The notes under the pieces: model-generated
Database searches by the model: none
Told to the model about the DNA's origin: nothing
What the model saw: only the letters and a program-made list of their open reading frames with translations
Shown: positions 1-7,317 of the stretch, in pieces
Position numbering within the stretch: the stretch's first letter is position 1
Layout: the number at the start of each line of letters is the position of its first letter
DNA from: Thermodesulfobacteriota bacterium
GTDB lineage: Bacteria; Desulfobacterota; UBA8473
Reading direction: 5' to 3'
NCBI GenBank assembly: GCA_034190725.1
Contig: JAXHSZ010000068.1
Location: 1-33,397 of the forward strand
Length of the DNA: 33,397 nt
Made by a program: the position numbers and the translations under genes

Positions 1-946
1 AAAGTCACGAAAACAGAATACTCAAGGAGGGAAAGTTAAATCGGTGATAAAGGAGGATGTTTAAATCATTGGTAATACTCTTTTTTTTCAGATACTCAGA
101 CATCACACGCATAAAAATTTGATCACCGTTGAAGCTCTCTGATATCTTTATTTCATAGAGCTAAACTATTACCGTGAATATTTATACGAGAAGGGATCTC
201 TCTTCGGTATTGAAAGAGAGAGATCAAAAGGTTTCGAGATTAGTCCTATTGACAGGTTCAGATACAGGACCAGGTATTTTACAGACAGTGGGGTAATAGG
301 GATCAAGGTCTTTGTACAGAGATACCATAGATTCCCATATATTAAATTTCACTGCGTTATCGGTCGGAATCCTCGACGACATACTGCAACGTACGACTTA
401 CTCGGACTCCTCCCTCCGGCCTTGTGAAATATAATATCTGAAAATCTATATGAACAATTCAAGCACCATTTCTCTTCGAAGAATGAAAAAGTCCCAAAAG
501 GAATCAAGGGGTTGGACGGTGTTTATCCCATGAAACGTCTTTCTGAGAAGTTGTGATCTATGGGGAATCCACAAGACAAATATAATTGCTTTTTCTTTTA
601 CTTACCTCGCGAATATCTTTGGATGCTTAATCCAACTTTTGATCACAAAAAGTATTTACAATACCCATTGATATTGATAGGCTAACTTAAAAGTGGTTCA
701 GTCTAAGAGTCTATGTTAAGTTATGTTCATAACTCAACAGCAGTTCAGCTATAGGGGACTTTCACCTCATAAGCTCATGCCCATGCCGGGTGTACACAAC
801 GGTTTCAAGTTGGACCGTGGAAAAGTATTGGGGATTTGAATTTTGAGAGCTTTGTCCGCAAACTTGCTAATGAGCAAGCTTGTATTTTTAAGTCCGCAGC
901 CGCTTAAACCGAACGATGTTGGAGCTCTAAAATAAAGGATATCAAA

Positions 947-1285
947 ATGACTTGGCCAAAAAAAGGGACACGAAAGCTTGTCATAGATAATAAGGATTAT
1001 TTATGGCATTACGATGCACACTGCCCTCTCTGTAGCTCCGATGTTTTTACAATTGGTCGTCCTGGCAAAAAATTTGTATTGTTTATAGATCCAAATCCTT
1101 GGGGATTTGAATTGCGTCCAGCATCGGTTGTGGCCGCAATAACATGGGCCTTGAAGAAAGGTTGGTCTCCTGACTCCGGGCCGAATCGTAGTATTGCTTG
1201 GAACGATAAAACTCAAGAATATGAGTGGCTACCAGATGGCAAACGCCATTTGGCCTGTAATTCAAAACCCGTTTCAACAGAATAA
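947..1285 (+). CDS. hypothetical protein, 112 aa, no family recognised
   Basis: ATG ORF with an AAAGGA tract about 8 nt upstream. It is the only long ORF in the first 1.4 kb. The sequence looks globular but carries no motif I recognise. Confidence 0.5.
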   Translation: MTWPKKGTRKLVIDNKDYLWHYDAHCPLCSSDVFTIGRPGKKFVLFIDPNPWGFELRPASVVAAITWALKKGWSPDSGPNRSIAWNDKTQEYEWLPDGKRHLACNSKPVSTE

Positions 1286-1503
1286 GCTGTTAAGAAATAT
1301 GGCCTGTGGGATGGCGAAACGGAATGGTATTCGTATTCAAGTAAAAAAAATAAATGGACCGAAGAACAAAATGATGTCAGACGGGCTTATCGCTAGGATT
1401 TGTTGAGAGGTTTCTGTTCTCATCATTTTTTACATTTTATCCGAGTTTTTTTAGCGTAGTATACACCCACTGCTTTTCTTGGCGTTGGCAAAGAAAAAAA
1501 ATC

Positions 1504-1659
1504 ATGTTGAAAATGAAAATAGCGTTTGTGATCATCAGTGCATGCTTTGTTTCTCTGTTCATGAATTCCTGTGATAAGAACAGTGGATCGGACGATGATC
1601 ATGACAGTGTTACCGAGTATCGCTCTTTTTTATATGGCTGCTGCTCCTTTCCAGATTGA
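1504..1659 (+). other. 51-codon ORF encoding a lipoprotein-type signal peptide, out of frame with the overlapping 401-aa ORF
   Basis: Manual translation from ATG 1504 gives MLKMKIAFVIISACFVSLFMNSC-DKNSGSDDDHD..., that is a basic N-terminus, a hydrophobic core, Cys and a polar linker. It stops at TGA 1657-1659 in frame 1. The downstream body is open in frame 2 from 1565. A T6 run at 1626-1631 lies in the overlap. Confidence 0.55.
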
Positions 1660-2776
1660 GGTCACCAGCACAACCGCCAGATCGACTTTCCGGTTTCATG
1701 GTTTTCAAGGAAATGTAGACCTTATCTCTCTGCATACAGATAATTTTTTCGGCCTGCCGTGGGATGAGTTCAAACCTGGTGGTGAACGCGTGAATGCATG
1801 GCACGATGTAATAGAAGGAATAAAAGCTGAAGTTGAACCTCTTCAGGCAGGCATTTATTTGAGCGTGACACCGTTGAATGGTTTTCGCACCACCATAGCC
1901 GTGCAGGCTCGCGAAGTTGACGATGAATTATATATTGATGATGAGTGGTTAACGGGGTGTTACAATTTTGACACTGGCCCTAGTGCTGTCGAAATCAGAA
2001 CCGCATATCTCAATTATGTTCATTGGATGGTCGATTTTTTCGGCCCTGTTTTTCTTACCCATGGTATCGAAATAAATATGTATATGGATGCATGTCCTGA
2101 CTCTTATGAATCACTCATTCGTCTTTTGAATGATGTCTATGATCAGGAGAAAGCAAGAAATACTGATCTAATCATTTTTCCCACTTTTACCGCAAGTGAT
2201 ATGTGGGATTATGGTGAAGATGGTAACTGTCCTGTCGGGGATCGATCCTGCCTTACTGCCAATCTGGAAAACCAGAGAGACATCAAACGCGATCGATTCG
2301 GCATCAGTGCGTATCCTTTTTTACTGGAGTGGGAATGGGACCATATACCGAACGATTATTTTTCCGCTTTTGCTGAGTTGACAGAAGAAACAATTGTTTT
2401 TAGTGAAACTGGGCAAGGATCCTATAATGTGACCATTCCATGGCCAGAGCCCACAGATCCCTGTTTTACTGTTTTGCATTCGAGTGACGAAGCTCAAATG
2501 GAGTACATGCAATTTGTCTTCGAAGAGGCAGATCGACACAAGAGTGATTTGGTCGTGTGGTGGTCTTTACGTGACTTTCTCTTCGAGGAAATCCTTACAA
2601 ATTGTCCCTGTCAGGCACCCGGACTCTGGTGTTTGCTTTATGATGCCGTCACTGAAGACGGGTTGCTCCCTGCATGGATAATGTGGGGGTCAATGGGGGT
2701 TTTTGATTATAATGGCGCTCTGAAAGAATCTCATCCATTATGGTCTACGTGGTTGCAGAAAGAGAGAAAAAATTGA
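1571..2776 (+). CDS. hypothetical exported protein or lipoprotein body; probably 5'-frameshifted, function unknown
   Basis: 401-aa ORF with Trp/Asp-rich, enzyme-like composition (motifs LHTDNFFGLPWDEF, WWSLRDF). As drawn it has no convincing start or SD. Its natural N-terminus appears to be the signal peptide ORF at 1504 in another frame. Confidence 0.65.
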   Translation: MIRTVDRTMIMTVLPSIALFYMAAAPFQIEVTSTTARSTFRFHGFQGNVDLISLHTDNFFGLPWDEFKPGGERVNAWHDVIEGIKAEVEPLQAGIYLSVTPLNGFRTTIAVQAREVDDELYIDDEWLTGCYNFDTGPSAVEIRTAYLNYVHWMVDFFGPVFLTHGIEINMYMDACPDSYESLIRLLNDVYDQEKARNTDLIIFPTFTASDMWDYGEDGNCPVGDRSCLTANLENQRDIKRDRFGISAYPFLLEWEWDHIPNDYFSAFAELTEETIVFSETGQGSYNVTIPWPEPTDPCFTVLHSSDEAQMEYMQFVFEEADRHKSDLVVWWSLRDFLFEEILTNCPCQAPGLWCLLYDAVTEDGLLPAWIMWGSMGVFDYNGALKESHPLWSTWLQKERKN

Positions 2777-2781
2777 GATAC

Positions 2782-2837
2782 AAGCCTTTCGTAGAGTAGG
2801 TCACCACGGAGTATCACAGAAAAGGCTTCTGTTTTTT
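2782..2837 (+). terminator. possible intrinsic terminator after the 401-aa ORF
   Basis: AAGCCTTTC (2782-2790) pairs with GAAAAGGCTT (2819-2828) and is followed by TGTTTTTT (T-run 2832-2837). The loop is unusually long at about 28 nt. Confidence 0.3.
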
Positions 2838-2974
2838 ATCAGCAATGAGAGATACCTGGAAAGGGTACTTCCCATTGTAACGAATGAGGTTTCAAGCACA
2901 GATATGCAAATATCTTCGCAGAATTCCTAATGTAAAGAATCGATGAATTGCATTGTTTTCATTAAAAAATGAAA

Positions 2975-3153
2975 CCTAAATTGAGCGATTCTTTCCGTAG
3001 CGAGAGGACGTAGCTTGCTGAATATGGAGAAAAAAAACGATTCGAAGCGGACGAAAGTGAAGCCAACCCTTCAGTGAGTTCGGTTCGAAGTGTTTTTTAC
3101 CTCAGATTCAGTGAGATACGGCCTCGCAGTAGGAAAGAATCGCTCAGTTTAGG
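2975..3153. mobile_element. MITE-like non-autonomous element, a 179-bp imperfect hairpin with terminal inverted repeats and a 5-bp TSD
   Basis: The left end CCTAAATTGAGCGATTCTTTCC and the reverse complement of the right end CCTAAACTGAGCGATTCTTTCC match at 21/22. Arm complementarity continues imperfectly for about 75 nt to a central loop of about 28 nt. Identical TGAAA flanks the element at 2970-2974 and 3154-3158. There is no ORF inside. Confidence 0.5.
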
Positions 3154-3214
3154 TGAAACTAAAATATGATCTAATATATAGTCGATAGGAAACGGATACT
3201 CGGATAAGGGGAGT

Positions 3215-3490
3215 TCTTCTTTTGCCCTCCCCTCTCCTCAATGCTTTTGAATTAAGGGATAATTTTAAAGCTCTTACTTATTTAAAACTCCAATCTTCAA
3301 AGATTTCTCTCCCTTTATGAGGGAGGTGATGTGAGGGTGAAAAAACTGACCAGTAAAGTTATTTCTGTTTTTTTATCATAAAGTCTGTTTTTCACTCCCT
3401 CAATCCCTCCCACCAGGGGAGGGAGGTTTTCTTCCTCCTTCGATCTATTTTCCTAATTCAACAGCATTATCCCCTCCCCTCCCAACACCA
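3215..3490. repeat. cluster of short CCCTCCC/GGGAGGG hairpins and C-rich tracts in a non-coding spacer
   Basis: The cluster contains hairpins CTCCC-TTTATGA-GGGAG (3309-3325) and CCCTCCC-ACCAG-GGGAGGG (3405-3423). C-rich tracts GCCCTCCCCTCTCCTC (about 3223-3238) and TCCCCTCCCCTCCC (about 3470-3484) flank them. An inverted pair AATGCTTTTGAATTAAGG / CCTAATTCAACAGCATT brackets the whole region. Confidence 0.45.
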
Positions 3491-4029
3491 CCCGGCGTGT
3501 GTTGCAACATAAAGTCGCTTTTTGTCGCTGACATCAGAATCAACCTTCAATATAGCCGGCAGTTTATTCCCCCAATATGTATTGCTGGTAACGGCAATGT
3601 GTGAAGTTTGGGGGACAATGTGGCCCTCAATCTGACGACTGAAAGAGTGAATAGTGTTAGAAACTCAATTCTGGTCGCATCAACCGGATGAGAACTCAAA
3701 CAGAAACATTGGAACAGACAAATTATACTCACACTCAACACCCACGCATAAGTACCCTTACAAAAGACCATTTCTTCTTGCAGCTTTCATAGTAGCAACA
3801 ATCACTTCTTCATAACTCATATGGTAATTGTCTGACAAATGAAAATACTTTCTGCTTTTTTCGAGTTGTGCAGTGAGTTTATGCGGGTCATGTAAAAGCA
3901 CAGAGACACAGGGCAGAGAGAAGAATGATAATAAGGGACGGGTAACCTGCGACTTACATGTACTCTTCCCTTTGTTCTTGTAAATGTACCATCCGGAAAC
4001 CTATGGCTTTCAATTTCCCTAAAAAAGTC

Positions 4030-4059
4030 TTGACAAATATTTCAAAGAAGATATATATT
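4030..4059 (+). promoter_or_regulatory. sigma70-type promoter of the tetR-GRE operon
   Basis: Perfect -35 TTGACA (4030-4035), an 18-bp spacer and -10 TATATT (4054-4059). It lies 47 nt upstream of the tetR ATG. Confidence 0.55.
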
Positions 4060-4064
4060 AAGCT

Positions 4065-4082
4065 ATCGAACGAGCGTTCGAT
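4065..4082. promoter_or_regulatory. perfect palindromic operator candidate (probable TetR autoregulatory site)
   Basis: ATCGAACG-AG-CGTTCGAT has 8-bp perfect arms and a 2-bp centre. It starts 6 bp downstream of the -10 hexamer, so it sits over the expected transcription start. Confidence 0.5.
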
Positions 4083-4105
4083 CGGTGAGAAAGGGGTTAT
4101 GATTT

Positions 4106-4726
4106 ATGGAAGCAAATGCCATTCGCACTTTCAGTAATGATGAGAATCTCGTAAGGGAACGACGATATCAAATCGCAGAAGGAGCATTACAGTTATTTGT
4201 GAAGCAGGGGTATCATCAGACCTCTATTCGTCAGATTGCGCAGGCCGCAAATATGAGTGTCGGTACTCTATATCATTACATAGGCTCAAAGGTGGACATT
4301 CTCTTCATGGGGATTGAGGATGCTTTGAATAAGGTACATGATGCCATTGAATCAGCTTCAAAGATCGAAAGCCCAAAGGAAGCCTTGGATGACGCAATAG
4401 AAAGATTCATTCGTGCAGTGGATGATGCTCAGGATATTACGGTCTTTGCCTATCAAGAGTTGAGAAATCTTAAGCCGGATGTTATGGCAGGTCTTTTGGA
4501 TATTGACAAACGTTCCGCAGCCATATTCGAAGAGATCATATCCAAAGGGGTGAAACAGGGAGAGTTCAGGGAGGTTGATGTTCAGCTTGCAGCCCACGAT
4601 ATTATTGTGATGGGCCATATGTGGGCGTTCAGACGCTGGTTTTTGAGGAAACATTACACACTGGATCAGTACATTGAATATCAAAGGCGATTTATTCTGA
4701 ATGGAATTCTGACCGTTCAGGAATAG
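4106..4726 (+). CDS. TetR/AcrR-family transcriptional regulator
   Basis: The N-terminal HTH signature (GYHQTSIRQIAQAANMSVGTLYHYIGSK) is typical of TetR_N, and the C-terminus is a helical ligand-binding domain. The SD GAGAAAGGGG lies about 9 nt upstream of the ATG. Confidence 0.9.
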   Translation: MEANAIRTFSNDENLVRERRYQIAEGALQLFVKQGYHQTSIRQIAQAANMSVGTLYHYIGSKVDILFMGIEDALNKVHDAIESASKIESPKEALDDAIERFIRAVDDAQDITVFAYQELRNLKPDVMAGLLDIDKRSAAIFEEIISKGVKQGEFREVDVQLAAHDIIVMGHMWAFRRWFLRKHYTLDQYIEYQRRFILNGILTVQE

Positions 4727-4787
4727 AAGGATTATCGCTCTTGTGTATTAATAATTCTCAATCCATCGTGTCATGGGAGGAAGAGCT

Positions 4788-7223
4788 ATGGAATCAACAG
4801 TAAACACTCGAACATTGGACTTGAAAGAGAGAGTATGCCTCAAAACATTCACCGATGGGGCCCAGGCAAAAGGAAAGACAAGGAAGGGGGTGAAGCTGTG
4901 TATTGAGCGGGCTCGTTTGATAACGGAGTCATTCAAAGAGACGGAAGGCGAGTCTATGGTGATACGAAGGGCAAAAGCACTGGCAAGAATATTGGACAAG
5001 ATGACCATATATATTCAGAACGGAGAGAGGATTGTGGGTAATTTTGCCGGAGACCCACAGTCCGTATCATGGTATCCGGAGATCCAGTACAAATGGCTTG
5101 ATAAAGCCCTTGAAGACGGTTACAGAGACATATTGGACGAGCGGCAAAAGGTTGAATTAAAAGGAATTCATGCTTACTGGGAGGGCAAGACGGTTGAAGA
5201 CAGGGAAAGGGCTGTTATGCCCGTCCATTTGAAGAGATATCGAGGATTCACCGGGGCCAGTCTGTGGAGTCACTATGGATTCATCAGTGGACAGGTAAAG
5301 GTCGACTATCAAGAAATATTTCAAGAGGGACTCAATGGTCACATCAGGAGGGCAAAAGAAAAGATACGATCCCTTGAAAATGATCCTCACATTGCCCCTA
5401 TCGTTTATGTTCAGCAGAAAAATTTCATGGAAGCCGTAATAATTTGCCTTGAAGCGGCAAAAAGATTTGCAGCAAGATACTCTGAAGAGGCCTTGGATCT
5501 GGCAAGCACAGTGGATGATCCTCAAAGAATCCAGGAATTGAAGGAGATAGCAGAGACATGCAAATGGGTTCCTGGAAATCCCCCACGGACACTTCAGGAA
5601 GCATTACAGTCTTTCTGGTTTATTCATATGATCAATTGCATGATAGAGGCCCCCAATGGAGGATGCGGTCTTCGGTTCGATAAGGTGATGTATCCTTATT
5701 ATAAGAAGGACATGGAAGAAGGCAGGTTACACTCCAAAGAAGATGCAAAAGAATTGATCGAGCTTTTATGGATCAAATTTGAAGAATTGGGACGAATTCT
5801 CACTCCTCAGGCGGCTGCGGTCCAGACGGGCGGTACCATGTTCCAGACTGTAAACCTTGGAGGGATAGATGAAAACGGTACGGCCGTGATCAATGATTTG
5901 AGTTATCTGGCCCTCGAGGCATCAAAGACCATACGAACATTGCAACCCACATTGGCAGTCAAATACACCAACCATTTGCCAAAGGACTTTATATACAGTG
6001 CCATTGACCTTTTAAAGACGGGTATCGGATATCCCTCGTTCTTCAATGATAATACCATCATTCAACATCTTCTCAGTAAAGGCATCCCCATAGGGTCCGC
6101 CAGAGACTGGTCATGCCCCGGGTGCGTCAATTTCGGCGTGTATGAAGGCATTCATGAGCCTTCCATTGCTGCACGTCAGGCAAATATCGGGCATATCGTG
6201 CTTCCCAAGTGTCTCGAGCTGGCACTCAACCAAGGTGTGGACAAGCTCACCGGTGAAGAGATCGGTTATCCCACATCTGATCCAACGACCTTTACATCAA
6301 TAACGGATGTTATGGAAGCATACCTGAAACAGGTGAGCTTTTTTGCAGGAAAGATGATTAAAATAGAGAATATCCGGCAGGCGATCTTCGAAGAACACTA
6401 TCCAAAGCCATTTTCCGCTGCTCTGAGAAGGGATTTTGACAGGATTGAGCTGGGAAACGGCAACAAACCTTCTCCCCATTTTTCCGTTCTCGCATACCTG
6501 GTGGCCCTTGGACCAACCACTGTGGCGGATTCTTTGGCAGCCATGAAGAAACTGGTATTTGAAGAAAAGAGAATCACCATGAAAGAGCTGTTGAAAGCCT
6601 TGAAGAATAACTTTGAAGGTCAAGAGGAAATTCGTCGGATACTCATCAATGAAGCTCCAAAATTCGGAAATGATAATGACTATGTGGATTCCATAGCAAA
6701 ATGGGTTCATTATGAGACCAACAGGGTGGTTGAGAAATACCCTGACTATTTCGGTGCACCTGTTCATCTGGACGGCGGCGGCACCTCGACAAATATCACT
6801 TTTGCCCATCTCACAGGGGCAACACCGGACGGAAGACGGGACGGAGAGCCCTTTGCCGATGCCATTCTCTCGCCATCTGCCGGCAAGGACAAGAAAGGGC
6901 CGACAGCGACCCTGAAGTCCGCTTCAAAGGTAGATCCCATCACAACATACAATCATCTGTTCAACCAGAAATTCCTTCCTCAATTCCTGGAAGGAGACAA
7001 TGTACAGTTGTTCGCAGGTTATTTAAAAACTTGGGCTGATTTGGGCATTCAACATATCCAATTCAATGTCGTGGACGGAAATACATTGGTGAAGGCCCAA
7101 GAGCATCCTGAAGAACACGGTGATTTGATTGTACGGGTTGCAGGGTACAGTGCGTATTTTGTAGATCTGCCAAAAGCATTTCAAGACAATATCATAGAGA
7201 GAACAGAGCAGGCTTTTTGTTAG
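4788..7223 (+). CDS. glycyl radical enzyme, PFL2/glycerol-dehydratase-like family, paralogue 1 (Cys loop GCVN)
   Basis: The C-terminal glycine-radical motif is RVAGYSAYFVDL (Gly codon 7143-7145). The Cys loop is ARDWSCPGCVNFG (Cys 6123-6125). The length of about 811 aa fits the family. I prefer ATG 4788 (MESTVNT) because GGGAGGAAG lies just upstream; the ORF track starts at 4773. Confidence 0.9.
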   Translation: MESTVNTRTLDLKERVCLKTFTDGAQAKGKTRKGVKLCIERARLITESFKETEGESMVIRRAKALARILDKMTIYIQNGERIVGNFAGDPQSVSWYPEIQYKWLDKALEDGYRDILDERQKVELKGIHAYWEGKTVEDRERAVMPVHLKRYRGFTGASLWSHYGFISGQVKVDYQEIFQEGLNGHIRRAKEKIRSLENDPHIAPIVYVQQKNFMEAVIICLEAAKRFAARYSEEALDLASTVDDPQRIQELKEIAETCKWVPGNPPRTLQEALQSFWFIHMINCMIEAPNGGCGLRFDKVMYPYYKKDMEEGRLHSKEDAKELIELLWIKFEELGRILTPQAAAVQTGGTMFQTVNLGGIDENGTAVINDLSYLALEASKTIRTLQPTLAVKYTNHLPKDFIYSAIDLLKTGIGYPSFFNDNTIIQHLLSKGIPIGSARDWSCPGCVNFGVYEGIHEPSIAARQANIGHIVLPKCLELALNQGVDKLTGEEIGYPTSDPTTFTSITDVMEAYLKQVSFFAGKMIKIENIRQAIFEEHYPKPFSAALRRDFDRIELGNGNKPSPHFSVLAYLVALGPTTVADSLAAMKKLVFEEKRITMKELLKALKNNFEGQEEIRRILINEAPKFGNDNDYVDSIAKWVHYETNRVVEKYPDYFGAPVHLDGGGTSTNITFAHLTGATPDGRRDGEPFADAILSPSAGKDKKGPTATLKSASKVDPITTYNHLFNQKFLPQFLEGDNVQLFAGYLKTWADLGIQHIQFNVVDGNTLVKAQEHPEEHGDLIVRVAGYSAYFVDLPKAFQDNIIERTEQAFC

Positions 7224-7317
7224 GGATGGGAGGTTATTGGTCGGCGCAGAGTCCCCTTGAACTTAACATCAGGGGATGCAATAAGGGGCTTTTTCTTGTT
7301 TGAAAGGAGGAATTCCA

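Noticed and set aside
224-382. 52-codon minus-strand ORF (MSSRIPTDNAVKFNIWESMVSLYKDLDPYYPTVCKIPGPVSEPVNRTNLETF)
   Set aside because: It is below the ORF-track threshold. The only SD-like tract is about 25 nt from the ATG, and I recognise no motif. It may be a gene fragment, but I cannot support calling it a CDS.
1001-1406. ORFs 1001-1216(-), 1083-1277(-) and 1194-1406(+), which overlap or follow the 112-aa gene
   Set aside because: They are antisense to, or overlap, a better ORF. They have odd composition and no SD.
3547-3850. 74-aa minus ORF and the adjacent 20-codon ORF (MSYEEVIVATMKAARRNGLL)
   Set aside because: The 74-aa product has a Cys/Leu/Phe-rich, unnatural composition. It lies in repeat-rich spacer, has no SD and is broken across frames. 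It is most likely non-coding or a heavily decayed remnant.
3800-4105. Searched upstream of the B12-mutase operon, and also 9691-9771 and 11512-11557, for a cobalamin riboswitch
   Set aside because: I could not find a B12-box-like conserved core or the extended structured leader. The region instead holds a promoter and a palindromic operator.
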